From Yuukianura sp. NJ FZ-2021 (taxonomy: Eukaryota), in contig CM102286.1 in NCBI GenBank assembly GCA_046563655.1, positions 2,852,001 to 2,916,000 of the forward strand: a DNA stretch of 64,000 bases, read 5' to 3'. Position numbers and translations under genes: made by a program. The notes under the pieces were generated by a model. That model did not search any database and was not told the origin of the DNA. It saw only the letters and a program-made list of their open reading frames with translations. Below, in pieces: positions 47,486 to 62,400 of the stretch (within the stretch, counting starts at the first letter, position 1; each line of letters starts with the position of its first letter).

Positions 47486-50400
47486 AGTAAAATATTTGCT
47501 GGGAATGAATATGTTGAGAAGAGGGGAATGTCACATGTGAATTGTGATTGCGGAACTTTTCCATTACGGTTATCCAGCCATTGTTCTTAAGTGATGAAGG
47601 GACTTGGCAATACTCCATGACACTTTCCTCTCTTGCAAAGTGCCTAACCAAAAAAAAAGTTAACCTAAAATATTTATGGACAGAAGAGGTCAACCTTCAT
47701 GGGTTCATGCGCAGAACGCTCCAGCGTCGTCTCGTTCTGACTTGGATTCTTTACTTTTACTTGCGTAGTTCACAAATCATAAAATGTAGTAAGAGTTATG
47801 TACAGAACTCATTCAACAAAGTATATTTTTGCCTGCACATTTTTAGTGTGTAGTACAAATTATTGTGTTTCAGTTGTTTAAAATTCAACAAAAAAGATGA
47901 TTCGTTTTAGCTTTAACTTGGTTACCGAAACTCAGATTTCAAAACAAAACTTTCACCGTGTCCAGTCTAGTGCAGGCTACATCTAGGAATGCTCTGTTGA
48001 TGCTGCTTTCTAGATTATGCTATTTTCTCTTACAGAGGGCGAAGCTGTACCGCAAAATTTTGAGAAACCAATTCAAAAAGCTCTGAACAACACAGAAAAC
48101 CAGATGGCGACAACGTCGCTCTAAAAATGTTTTGAACAGGGTATTGTACAAAGAGCATTTAGTTTACTTTTATAGTTTAAGTTAACGTTCGCATTAATAT
48201 CGTAAATATTGTTGAATTTGAATTCATATTATGTGAAAATTTTGATTTTTAAAACATTTGTCATTTGAAATGAAGTGGATTTACGAAATTTGAAAATGTG
48301 GGGAAACGTATTTTGTTTGTGCACGTTTCGGAAATTATTTCATAATTTACGCAAAACCAGGCGATTTTTAATTTTGTTAATTTGAAAAACAAAATTTTTG
48401 GACTAAACTGTTTACAGCGTCGGAAATGCTGAAAGTGCTTGGCAAACGCACAGAGAGTTGCCTCTGACTCTACTACTACCCGGGTAAAACCCGTTTGAAC
48501 CTTCAGTTCGTTCCTGGTCGTTGATAGCAGAGGTTCTGCGTTGCTTCTGCACAGTCCCAATGCTGCATGGTGCAAACTCTTTGAACTTGTTCTTTGCTCA
48601 CCGACAAACGCCTGTTCCTGTTTCAAATTTACTTTGAAATTGAATGTCTGTCTCTGAGTACTTTTTTAAACGAAAGAAAGTAACATCATTCCCAGTTCAA
48701 ATTTTCTCTTTGAATTGAAAAGTTGAAGTGGAGTTTAGGTAGGATGGGCGGTTTTGAAAGTCCCTCAGAAAACGACGGTTGTTTAGTTATTCGAAACTTG
48801 TAGTTGAACTATTTTTGTGCATACAAAGTCCCACCACAGCCACCACTGACTACACTAGTCGAAAAACTTTTATGCCGCCACTTTCATGTGTCCCAGTTCA
48901 AACGAGAGGAATCTCAAAGCCTAATCCAATTTAATCGAATTTCTCAGATCCAAGTTTACACAAACTCTGCTCCTTTTCATAAACACAAACAACATACACT
49001 TTTCCAAATTTTTCCGCCTAAACAAACGCTTTCTGCTGGCCCACGCAACATCAAAGCAAATTCAAAATGACGCAAATTACAGGTAAAAATATTTGCTCTT
49101 TCTGACATTTTTACATTTCATTTATTTTCAGCACTCGAGTAATACATTGAAATTGTCTAAAAAACTTGAAAAACTAGCTACTGCTTTTTATTTCAATCAA
49201 GGTGCTTCAAGTTCTTAAAAAAACGAAAAAAAAAGTTCTGATTAAAACAAATCGTTTCGAAAAAGATTAAAACACAAAAGATAAAAAAACTCAAGTGGGT
49301 TTGCTTCTACTAAGCCTATTCACAAAACCTTGCTTTTGATGTTTGGTTTTTCATTAATTACAAGTCAGTGAAAGCCGTTTTTAGAACAAAATTTCTCAGT
49401 ATGTTTAATTTGTGCTAATTAGTACACGTTTTATGTAAAAAAATTTTTTTTTGCTCGTTGTTCAATAGTAGAGAGTCAAATATGCTTTTGAAGATTTTGG
49501 TTTAAATTGCTTAACATCTAAAAAAAAGTTAAAACATAAAACTGTTGAAATTTTGTACAATTCAGTTTGAACTTTTGACAAGGTTCCCCTTCAATTGTTG
49601 CCGCATTTTAGTTTAACTTTGTGAAGAAAAGGACAAGTATTTTTGTGAATGATGAGATTGGATGAAAAGGAAAACTTTTCCATTAGAAAACTTGTTTTTC
49701 AAAATTTTCAAAGAATGGAAGAGACAACAGATGGAGAAAGTTGGGCAGTCAGAGCAAGTTCCGCCACGAACTGTTGCTTTTGTTTTTTTACTCAAATTCT
49801 ATTTCCAAATTACTCTCCAGTTTCATCAAGCCTTTCTCTAAAAACATGCAGGGACTTCAAAAGAAAAGAGAAAGTAGGAGATTTTCTATTCTTTTCCTTC
49901 TGTTTCCGGAAGGCCTTAAGGAACTGGCAGGGGGCCCTTACTTTTACTTAAAAGTGTTACCTGCTCTCTTACTCCTTTGATATCGCGGCAACTTCACAAA
50001 CACAAAGTGCCTCAAAGCGTAAAATCTTAATGAACTTCCTTTCCCCAAATCCTAATTCCTTAGGAAGCCCTTGGTCTAATTTAACTTTCAACTTTGCATT
50101 TACTTGAACATCTTACATTAAAAACCCTACACAAATCTTAAGAAATGAAACCAAGATTTCAGATTAATGTAACGACTCTGAAAACAAATTTTTGGGAATG
50201 TTTTAATTTTTAACACACAGCCCTCTTTACGCAGAAAAATGCCAAATTTTCTGGAAAAAAATGACTGAATTTTTCTCACAAAAATGTTTTTCGTTTCAAA
50301 TTTAATTTTTTGGCCCAAATAGGCGGTAATTTAATTGAGTATTTATGGCAGTAGAAGATGTCTAAATTTTTTTTAGACTAAAGACATTTGTTTCTAACAT

Positions 50401-53400
50401 TTTTTGAAAAAATTATTTAGGTAAAAAAACTTTTTGAAACTTTCTGAAAACTTTTTTTTAGTTTCAGGAGAATGAATTGATTTTGGAGCAAAAGTAAATG
50501 GAGGCATTCAGCCTGATAACCACAAAAGTGGAGAAAAGCAAACAACTTTTTTTTTCATAGTAAAACAAAAAATTCTGAAGAGGATTGTTCAACTTTTCTG
50601 TCGTTTCTGAAGTCAGTTGTACCCGAAAAGTGCGTTTCTCTCCCACGGGACAGTTTTGAATCAAAGTTATTCTCCAAAGTAAATGATTATAACTCAAGTC
50701 AACATGAGACAGAGACAAGCTTAAAGTCAACATTTAACTTTCTCCACCGAATCAAATATTCGTTTAACAATGGCGTAAAGTTACTTTCTCCAGGTACTTC
50801 CTAGCCTAACTTTAGTTAGCCTAACATGACTCTCCCAACTGGAACTTTGTCAGAGACAAGGGAAGTAATGGCCACAGATAACCATGTCCAAAACTCCAAC
50901 TCCGCCCCATAAACTTTGACCTTTTTTGTTCCTTCCCGCCTTTTCTTCTCCGTTCCCGCCACAAAGTTTGAATTATTTACCTTGTAAATTGTTCCAGGCC
51001 GCCTGATTTGAGGCAAGACGGAACGACAGAAGCCGCTTATCGAAGCCAAGAAACCGTAATGTCAAGAACTTTGCTTTATGGGCAGAATCCAGAGGTGAAG
51101 GTTTTGAACCGTCTCTGACTGGCAGGACTTTGCTAAAAACCGTCGAGCAGAGCATACAAAATGGAAAAGGCGGCAAGATGGAAATAGTCCAAAAATTGGG
51201 AAAAGAATAATAAAAAGGAGGCCTGTTTCCCGCATCGTAGTTCGAAGTGTGGAACGTGATTTCCTCTAAGGAATTGAAGAATTCGGTCGTGGCGGGAAGA
51301 TTTTTTGAAATCACGCGTACACAAAAAGAACGTCTAGCTGGGCATCGTACGAAGATTTAAGGTGGTACCTCCAACTGCGGCGCACTACTCACAGTATACT
51401 GTAAGTGGAGAAAGTAAATTAGGATGTAAGAGAGATTTTGGCTGAAATTACTCTAGTCTTGGTGGCCGGAGAGCGTCAGCGTCCAGAGTCAAAACTTTAC
51501 GAATCTCCAAATCTTTTCAAATCCCGCGCTCTTCCTTTTTCGAAACTAGAAAGTTCATTTCAGTTTCAGCAGAGAGGAAAGTAAAGAAAGTCAGTGAAAC
51601 CTTAGTCAGTATATGGATTTTACTGTAGGTTGAAACCATGTTCAAGGAAGTTTACATTATTGAAACTGTTGTGGTCGGGAAAGTATAGAGACGAACAAAG
51701 CCTGATTTGTACATTCTCTGCACAAACCAATCACCTTTAGGTTCACATTGGATTTGAAGTCTGAAGCCGCTGAGGGACAATTTCAAAAAAAGCCGCCAAA
51801 AAGTCCACTTTTGTGTGAAACTTTTTGTCTAGTTTCTAGCTAATGCTGGAGATAGGAAAGAACAGGCATTAGCAACTAACTTTCAGGTAAGATTAGCATT
51901 GTTAGAAACTTTCACTTTTTGAACTTTCTTTTCTGAAAACCAAAGAAACAAAACAAAACTTGCCTCAACTTTTTTCTTTAACTTCTTTTACATTTCTAAA
52001 CTAAAGAAAGCACCGAAATATCGGTTTCATCGATTATATTTTGAATCAATTTCAACTCCAAAAGACATTAGAGTTCAAGCCCTCCCTTCAGACTACTTGG
52101 TTACAGTAATTAAATGCAAAGAGGTGTCAACACTCTGTTAGTGTTGTTATGTTAATCAAAGTATAGCTTTTGGTTTAAATTGGCCCGGTTACAAACCATT
52201 TCCACTGTCACCCATAAACTATTTCCAACATTCACAAAAACCGTGCTTTGAGCCCATTCTTAAACACTTTGTCCATTACTCATTCTCTCCAGTTTATCCG
52301 AGACAGGACGCCGAGAGAATAAGGGTCCCTGTTCAAAATTACAATTTTGGAAAGCTAAGGGCCCCTGCATTCCAGTGTGTGTTACATTAAGTTCTTTTTT
52401 ACTTTAAAGTTAGGTCTCTCGTGTGCTCTACTTTTACGGAATGTTTAAAGTTCTCATTTCCTTGATTGAAATCTATTTTGTAGGTCATAAATATTAGAGC
52501 TGATAACTTTGGGCGGGAAAGCCTTTCTTTCTTTTGTCATTCGGGTACAAAGGGAATTGGGATTGGATCCAAGTGAAAGTGCAAAGGAGGAACAAGAGTC
52601 CTTGTTACACTGTCTATAGGTTCCATAGAAACATGTCTTCTGTGTGCTCATCTTCTACTTTTAAAGCTTATTCCTTATTCTAAGAATTCACTTTCACTGG
52701 AGAAAGCACAGAGGATCTGCTGCTTCTGCTATAAAAAATTTTCATAAAAACAAATTCTCAAGAAAAAACGAAATTTGCATTCAGATCAGTCCGGAAACTT
52801 TTTTCGTTTTCAAAAGAAGGAAAAAAGTTGGGCTGTGACAAAATTTGCAAAAAGTTGGGCGTGTAACGGAACTCGGAGTTACAGTGTCGTAAAACGTGTA
52901 ATATTCATAAGATTCTTTTTAAGTAAAAAACTGTTATAAATACTTCAGCTGCTTTACATTTTTGCCAAATTTGAACTCAAAGGTTTTACAAAGTATAATA
53001 AGAAAAGGTCACATAAATGTTGTGACTCAAGTTTGAGAAAATTCTTTTGACTTTTTTTAAAAATGTTTCAAATTAGCTCAAATAAAATTTTGACAAATAC
53101 CTTTTTTTTGCAAAGCTACCCTGGCGTGGCACCTAAAGCATAAGTCAAGTCTAGATATTAGGCGGAAGATCCAGAATAAAATTTTGGTACAATTTTGTTT
53201 TAAAATTCAGAGACGTGAGATTGGACAAAATCCAAAAATGACACATGGAAAAAAGACGTATTGTGTTTTTTCTTTAAAAAATTGTGAAATGTTGTATCAA
53301 ACACGTTTCATGCTGCCGCCAGTGTAAATTTGGATTCATTTCAAAAGAGAAGCAAAAAAGGGCTTTGAAACTTGCCATTTTCTTTACTTCCGGATTTCCT

Positions 53401-56400
53401 TCTCTTTCACTACTTTTTTTCTCTCTGTGTGTCTAATGTCATCTGACTTTTTCTTTGTGGGTTACGAACCAAAGTTTTTTCATGTTCTTTTTTTTTACTA
53501 AAATTTTCCCTCCGATTTTCCGTCATACACGTTCGACCCGTCGTTTCCAGTGTTGTACTCTCATAAGAACATGCATTGGATGTCAGCCCTTCTGCTGGAA
53601 CTTCCATTCTGTGGTTCCACTTTGGGCAAAGTGTGCACTTAGAAAGAAAAGGAGAAAAACTGACGGCCAAGTTATGTTTCCTCCATCCGTGCTCAGAATC
53701 AAAACTAATTCTCAAACTGGGAAAATGGACATGGCCTCTGCATGGCTCATCCTCTCCAGTCGTGCTAGGAAACTTTCATTAGATTAGACACGACTTTCCT
53801 CTTCTCCCACAACCGGACTCGGAGTGTCCAGTCTGTCAAAGTCAATGGGCGGACACTGCGTCCAAACTCTGGAGACTCAATTCTGGAACTGGACTCATTC
53901 TCGTCCACCACAAAAACAAATTCCACCGTCCGTAAATTTAGAAACAGAGGTTTTTGGAAAAGCAGCGGTTTCAAACTGCATCAATTCCAAAAACCAAGTT
54001 TCGTTTTCCCTGTCAAAGCCTTAAATTATCCTGCTCTTTCCGGGTTCCGATTAGAACCCGGGTGAAAGCAAAAAGAGAAAGTAGAAGAGTAGAAGACGCC
54101 GACAGTGGCAGGGAGGAAGACGCCGTGTGAAGAGCAACACCTTTAAATCTTCTGCCATTCACGACCAGCACGAAGAGGCAGAACAGAAGATTGAAGATTT
54201 TGGACTGTGAGAAAATGGGCTCCAAGTGTATGGGAAGCTACAGAGGAGCTAATCAATATCAGATGATCATTGCTTTCCCTTAGTAAAGGAGAGAGAACGA
54301 GGCTAAAGGCGGAAAAAGTAGGAAATCGAAGCTTTTCCAACGACCCACACCTATCCTGTTCCATTTTGAGGAGGTTCAAGTGCCACTTTTGGAGGGCCTT
54401 GGAGCCCTTTGCAAAAGAAAGTGAAAGTGGATTGACTTTGGAGCCAAGTCGAACGGCATTAGGTACACTTGGTTCATTGGTAAGCAGGAGACATGTCTCG
54501 GAGGCCCTTGCACCTACTATTACTCGGAGAAAGCGGATCATCACTTTCACTTCCGATTTTCTCGGTTTTACTGTGTTTTCAAAAAAAAATGTTATTTTTT
54601 GAACAAAAGTTAGCCTGAAGTGCAAGAATCTTGCTTTCATTTTCTTCATTTCAAAATGAAAACTGGGAGTTTGAGTGAAGCAACCAGATTTAGATTTTTG
54701 TAGAAAGTTTTTCCCAATACTGCCGCAAGGCTAAAAAGTTGATGAAAGGAAATCGAAAAATGTTCATGTCAAATGAATGAGATGCTAGGTTTTATGTTTC
54801 AGTTTTTTTGTTGTTGGTGTTTTTACGTTGTTTTTCAATTTAGCGTAATTGTCTCTTCTTTGTATTGCCTGACCCAAGTAGTATACTTGGAAGTTTATGT
54901 TTGGCTTAAAGTGCAGTCTAGAATGAACAGAAGATGCTGTCTGCTTGGGCTTTTCCCCATGGAGGGAATGCGGTGGCTCGAGCGGGAAACTTTGAATTAT
55001 TTAATTGATCTCAATTATTCAGCGAACTTCTTGGTTCTGGCTAGCTCTTCTGTGTCTCTCCCAGTCCAACTTCTTTCCAAATTTTACATTTTACGGAGCA
55101 AAGAGAAAGCATTGGCGGATGAATTTCTTTTTGAATCTGGATCGTTTAGAAAAATATTTTTGCTAGAAACCAGCTATAATCTTGTTTTAAAAAAACACTA
55201 AAGAAAGTTTGTATATGGACTAACCATATAATAATAACCAGAATTTTTCTTAGATACTAAATTAAATGAATTGGATTGGAGTAACGGAGGGGAGGAGAAA
55301 TCGGTGATAAGGCACGCATACCCTCAACTTTCATCCTTGTAACTCCTGTTAATTGGAAACCCTAATGAATTTTGTAAGAGTCGTTTTTTTCAAAAAACGG
55401 AGTCTCTCTTCAATTTTCTTCTTGCTGAGGGAAAAGGGCGGGAGTTTTAAAAATTGTCCTAAGTGGTCCCTCCTGTCTAGACTGTCGTAATGGGATGATA
55501 GGAAGACGAGGTTTGAGGCTTGGAACAAACTTGATAAAACTTTTACCCACTTTCTCCTCGGATGCTTCAAAAACGCCACGCTAGTGATGCAACTAAGCGG
55601 TAGCAATGGCGCAGAACTTTGGCGGTTTTATTTGAACCTGCCAAACTGTTCTCAACCTATCATAGCCAAAACCCATCAATTCCCATTAGGGCTCTCCACT
55701 TTACATATTTCAGCTACTTGTTACTGTTCTGCTCAATTGGGCTTTCACTGGAGAAGGAAAATAATGCTACTCTAAGAACTTTGTGAGCTAGTATACCTGT
55801 CATCACGAAGTATCAGTGAAGGATAATAATGTAGAGTGGAAGGCTCTGATCAAAATAAATGTTGACATGAAGGTTTGACAGGAAAACAAAAAACAATGGC
55901 CAAAATAGGGCAGTTGACATGCAAAACATGCCAAATTATGTTGACTCGTGAGGTCAAATAATGATACGTGGACAGAAATTTGAAAGCCAAACCAAGACAG
56001 GTCAAATTTGGACAAGAAAATGCCTAAAAGAGCCAATTTCAGTGAAAGCGGAGCACTGGAAAATGACACTAGTGGGAGCAGTTAACAAACCCAATTAAAG
56101 TAATTTGGGTAAAGTTGTTCACCCATGAACAAAACCAAAGTTTGAATTTGAAACTACTTATGCTACGTGTCTGTTTGTAGTGACGTAAATGACGCCAACT
56201 TTTTCAAAACTTTCAATTTTAACTTTTTGCGCAATAATTTTTCCGAAAAATAATTTAACATTTTGAAAAAAAAGTTCAACTCCTGCAATTTATTCTTCTC
56301 CATTACATCTTGAGAAAAAGTAAAAAAAAAAAAAAAATTTGCACAAGCCCAATTAGCTAAAATGAAGTTTTTTCAAATTAGTTTACTTTTTCACCTGACA

Positions 56401-59400
56401 TTTCACACTTTTCATGATTAACTTAAATTCCGTCTTAAGATTGGCCACAAGTGAGTTTGTTCACACCAATTTCGAGCTTAGTTAACTCAATTACTAATTT
56501 AGTTTGATTGTTCCTAATGAGTGAAACATTGCTTAACCTATTTGCTTTTCTTATCCATTCTACAATCATTTCTTCACCTACGTTTGGAAAATAATTTTGC
56601 ACAAAAAGAATAAAAACTTGTTCGTCGTGTCCAATTTATTTTTGAAATCAAAGGACCTAAAAGCGGCACAAAAGTCTTATCATCGAAATCAAACACTTTT
56701 GTATTCTCCTTTGAAACGGTACGTTACTATGCAAAAGTGGAACACCATGGAAACTAGCATACACAGGAACTGCTTTCACCATAAGCCATGGGAGTGCCAT
56801 TCCACTTTCTCTGTCGCCTTTTTGTGTGACTTTCTGATCAACTGATTTGGTTTCCCTTCTGGACAACCGTCGTTTTGCAAAATGTGTAACAAAAAGCTTC
56901 ATGTTCCAAAGCTCCTAGTCAACTACGTTAGGAATGGCCGAGGAGAAAGGAATAAATTTGGAAATGTTCCACTCGCTTTTCCCGGGAAAAGTTTGTTCTA
57001 ATCTTGCAGTAGTGTTAGAAGGCTTAATTAACCAAAACCAAACACACCCGCCCACCAGCAGAGGCGGCAGAAATTGCCGTGCCTTTTCAAACCACGAGTC
57101 CACGATGACACGACATACAACGAATGAACCAATAATTCATTGAAGGCTGGCCCATTACGCCTTGCTGTAACACTTTCTTTGAATCAATTTCATCTCCAAA
57201 TTGAGCAAGAAGGTTTACTTAATTTTTACTACGCAATTCTGTAAACTGTGCCACTTTCAACACACACACACACAATCAATATAAACAAAAAAAGACAGCA
57301 ACAAAAGTAGTGAAAGCAAAAAAAATTCTCAATTTATAAAAAGAAGCTTTTACGCTCACCAAAACGTCGAATTTGGAAAAATCGGTGCAAATTGTTCTAA
57401 ATCACGCCAAATTTTTTGACTTTTCACACCTAAAACAATGTTTAACTTTAATTGTAGTTTTCCACTTTCCAGAGTAATTGAACATGCCATGATCCATTTG
57501 AAGACTTAGAACAAAAAAACACTATTTTGCAAAGATTTAGCTACAAGATACAAAAGCTAAAAGTTTCTCTTATCGACAGAGACTGGAAATCCATTAGAAG
57601 TTAATAGAGCCATTTCTTTTTTCTTTTAGACAGAAGGTGGAGTAGACCTTGGAGACATTGATTAAGGGCTCACGGCCCCTTGGACTTTTTTGGCCAAGGA
57701 GAATTGGTTTCTAGTGCCGTTTTCAGTTTTCGTTAGTGGAGCAGTGTGAACTAAGAGTGAAAGTCCTTACACTTTGTTTTTATTACTTTCTCCTGATAGA
57801 GATTGAGATTGCATGGATAGGGGAAATTGTAGAATCAATTAGGAACAACTTCCACGTACGAAAAACTAAGGGGGAAAGGTTTACCTGGACTTTGGCTGGA
57901 GAAAATTTTTTATTGCCAAAATCCCATGCACTTTACTGTGCTAAGTTTTAGTCTTTTCCTGGCTTGTGGAGAAAGTTTGAGTAAGTACCGGTAGGTTGGG
58001 ATGAACGGGAAAAGTTGGAACAAACTCATGTTAACGCCTTCTCAAGCAAGTTCTTTACTCCATGTACTATAGGTTGTGAAAGCGATAAGAGTTTTAGGTT
58101 AGTGTGGTACACTAGAGTAATGAAAGCCGGAGATTGTGTCATTCTTTTGATTTCTTCCTTTTTTGTAGTTTATGTTAGGTTATAGCCAGTATTAGGTTTT
58201 AACCTATTAGGTTCTTGTGTAAGGTTCGTAGGATTTGTAGGGCAGAGATGGAACACACTTTCTCCAGCTCTCCAGCAACTTTCTTTTTTCCTCCAGGGAG
58301 AAATCAGTGTTAGGTTAGGTTAACCTAACATAGTTCCAGCCGTGTGTTACTATGTGGTCGGTGTGTTTGTGTGTGTGGAAATTTGTCCGTGAAAGTGGGT
58401 TTCTTGCTAGAGTGTGTCGACTTGAAGGGCCTTTGGAGCGCCGAGTGGAGCAGATCCATAGTTTTTGCATGTCAGAAATGATTGTTTACGACGAGACTAC
58501 CAGAAAATGGCAGGCGGGGAGAAAGTTATTTCCTCCCGAGCTTTCTCAACTAAAAAGGAGAATTTGAAGTAATCCTGCTGTGAAAATTGACTCTTTCTTT
58601 TGGTTGCGTTCGTGCAAGATTTTATGGAAGATTGATTTCTGCTTTCTTCAGACTTCTAAAGAAAATGTAAGATTTAAGTTCCATCTTTGCTTTGAATTTT
58701 TTTCAATAAATTATTACCACCAGTGTTATTTTTATAGCTAGAATAACAAAATTATGTGACCTAATTTCACAAACTTGAAATATTAAAAACCGATTTCATC
58801 GTAACGCGAATATTCAAATTGGACAATAAGGGTTACCCTCCAGAAATTTTTCAAATTTTTGGCACTGCAATCAAAATTAGACAAAATTTGTATTAGTCGT
58901 GGCACACCTAGACGCAGCTAATGGGAAAATGTCATCCAAAGATACTAAACTTAGGGGAATTTCCAGTTGAAATCCGTAGCTTAAGATCAGGTTCAACTCT
59001 AATCCAAGTCCTCTTGTGAGTATGACGCGAAGGCTTTGCGTCGTTTATACCTCTGCGACATACCCGAAGTTAGATTTTCACATAGCCTAACATTTTTTCT
59101 AGTGTGGACTTATCCGCATTTTGGCACTGGCTCTGATACCTCCCAGATTATTTTTGAGCATCAAAGGCTCTACGTTTCACACAGGAGAAAGTAATTGACC
59201 AAAATCTCCAATTTTCCTCACGTCAAACTTTGAGTATCTTCCAACCACCAAAATACTTTTTTGCGGTGGCCTAAAACAAGAAGAAAGTTTTTAGGCTTAT
59301 GTTACTGTATTCAGTCGACCATACATACTTTCACCAGAAAAAAAAAACTTACAAAAACTAAGTTTTTTGGGGATGTGCAAAACCAAATTTCAGTATTACT

Positions 59401-62400
59401 CGTTTTTCTCTTGTCCAAATTTGGAAACTTTTGGACCGAAATCTGTAAAAACTTGAAGTTTATGGTTTGAAAGTAACCCACAAGTGTAGGCAGAAGACAG
59501 TTTTGAGAAAATTGAATTGTGGTATTTAATATGATCCGAGATTCAAATTCGTATTTTAAAAAAATTAAATGACTGAGCTTCCTGTTTGGTTTCTTTTGAG
59601 TTGGATTTATTTAAAATTGAAAAAATGAGAATGTCTTGGAACATGTTTTTTTTGTAAGTTTTCCGCCATGTTTCCGTTTCCTGTAAGCCGTTCCGTATTC
59701 GGCGTTCTGTTTAAAATTGAAAAATTTTACTTTTCAAATTGAATTTGAAAACTCTGGAGATTGAATTTCGGAAATGGGAACTTAAAAAACTTTGTTTCAA
59801 AAAGCACTTTGAATTGAAAGTGTTCTTATATGACATTTGTCTTCTCCATTTCGTTTTTTCTACTTTTATATTTACGACTCTAAGCTGCTTCTTTTTACCT
59901 TAAAGTGATATCCTGCAGGGACATGCGTCAAGTGACAAGCGTCGCAGTTTTTGGTTGGTCTGACCTGCTGCTCTGTCCGTGTCGTTTCTGACAGTGCTGA
60001 CTGGCACTTGGAAGTGATGGAGTACAGTCTGTTTTACACAAAAAAGACCAGCTTTTTGTACAAGATGAACCGAAACGCTTTCTTTACCAGGAGAAAGTTA
60101 TCTTAATTTAGGATTCGAAGAAAGTAGATTTCCTGAATGCAGTGGACTATGCTGTACATTGTGTGATTGAAACCAGGTGAAGGTTTCTGTGAGCGTGACA
60201 GGGAGTGGAGATGCGTATCATCTCCAAAGTTGGTTTAATTCAAAAGTAGAAGACAGGTGAAAAGATTCCCGCGCCCAAAAACTAGTCCTTTTTTTGGTGA
60301 CTGCGTGTGTCTACTTTCACTTTAGTGTTTAGAAAGTTCCAAATTTAAAATTCCCCCGGGCGACTTTTCCCGCTCTGTGTGGTTTCTTCGCACAGTCAAT
60401 TCCAGCTTGAAGCTGTTCCCAGCCAGAGTCGTTTTCCAATTCCCTGTGCCCGAAAGAACTGCCATTATGAGCCATTTACATGCAGACTTTCCGTCCGGAA
60501 ACAAAGGCACCTCATAATGGAAATGCTATGCATGAATAGTCTACTGTGCGAGCAGAGGGAGGATCGACCTGTCTTTTCACTTTTTTTGTGGTTTTTTGAA
60601 AATGTAAGAAAGGACACGCACAGTGTCTGAAGTCGCATGTCGTGGACTGCCTGTGACCTTAATACTAAGAAATATGACCTTTGGAATTGTTTTCAAAAAG
60701 CGCGCGTAACTCGAAACCTGCCTTTTCCAGCTAAGTCATAAACAGGTCGTAGACCTTACGTCAACTTTTGATAAATTATGGGGTAATTTTATCCAAATTT
60801 TGAAAATTGATAATAAAAATTTGAGAAAAAGGCTACGCAGAGCTTACAGTACTCGCTGTGTTATTCACATTTTGACAAAATTTCACATAATTCAATCCAT
60901 TTCATTTTGTGAAAAAAGGAGTTTTTTTTAACGCAGCTATTTTAAAAATCAGAGAAACACATTAAAACAATTGAAAATTCAATTTTGAAAAACGCTAAAA
61001 AGAAAAAGAAAGTTTTTGTTTCATTTTGTTTTTATTTTTATATCGTTATTTCTTTTTCCCTCAAACGTTATTTCATCCTCCATGTATATGGATTTCCTCT
61101 GCCTTTTTCTTTTTTTTTAGTCCGAAATGAAAAAGCTGGAGAAGTTTTTTTGTTCATGAAATTGTTTCTTTTTTTCAGAATGAGGAGCTTTCCTCTTATG
61201 CCCAATTTTCTCAATGCCCTGAGACAGCAGTTTTTGTTTCTTTGCTTTTCCATCCGGAATGTAATCAGTAATCAGAAAAATTTAACATGGACAAGAGTAG
61301 TACCAGTGGTTAGGTTAGTGCAGGGAGGTTAGGGAGGAGGAGGAGGAGGAGGAAGGAGAGAGCCTCCGAGGAAAATCGAGATGAAAAACTTTGTTATCTT
61401 TTCCCCACTTTCTTTTTCCTCAACAGCACAGCCCATATATCCTTTCCCGCCAACTTTTCTTTTCCTTTGGAGAACCCCCTTAATTGAATTGTTTGTTTGT
61501 TTCTTTTTGCTGGACGGATTTTCAAGTTATCTCCCATTTTGCCGCTCTTTTTCTTCCTCTTTTGGACATAATGATGATTATTATCAGCGCGGGAATGGAG
61601 CGCGTTTTTTTTTTAAAATGTTTGTTCAGTTCTCTCCATTGAGTCTAAAAGGAAGAAAAAGCGGAAGTGAAGAATTTAATTAAGCTTTGGCTATGAAGCA
61701 CACTGAACAAGCGGAACTGCAAGACCCAATATCTTAGAAAAGCAAGAACTACGCGTTTTTAAGCTAGGTTGGTTAGACTGAAAATTGTTCTGCTCGAAGG
61801 CCCATCCAAGATTAGCCTCAGAGTAAACGGAGCTAATTTCCTTTATTAAGAAGTTTTTGTGGTTTGAATCAACCCGGGACGGGAGCAAAGGAGTTTGAGC
61901 CTGTGTAAACAGAAGGAAGAGATTGATGATGTTATTAGAAGGGATGAATTGGATGGTTTAGATCTGCCTCACTTCAACCAAAAACCAAAACTATCCTAAA
62001 GTTAACCACGATCCAAACTTTTAGCTTCGTCTTAAAAATATCTTCTTCCAGTCTATTGTCCAGCCTCGGAGGAATTTTCCGGAGAGAAGCGCGGTTTTAA
62101 GCCAGAGAAAGTCGGCGGGAACTCTAATTTGTTTGGATGGTTTAACGAGGCGAACTGATTAATAAAGTTAGGCGAGTTTTCGATATCTTCCCACCAAAAC
62201 CAACGAAAGTTAGGCTAGTCTCGATTTCATGTTCATAGTGAAAGTAGGAGTGGAGCGATCTGAGAAGTGGCGGTTGAAATCAAAACCAAGAGAACGCTTC
62301 TGTATCTAATTTCAGCGTTCCAGCTAGTGCTAAATACTTCCTTGTTCTGAGCTGAATTTTGTCTCGTCAGATAGTTTTGTGGCGAAGTGATCAAAATTTA

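Noticed and set aside
53410..55201. ORFs of 60-170 aa
   Set aside because: No recognisable domains, overlapping on both strands, and no consistent splice model.
55308..55317. TAAGGCACGC match to the miR-124 5' end
   Set aside because: Match stops after 10 nt and no precursor hairpin is evident.
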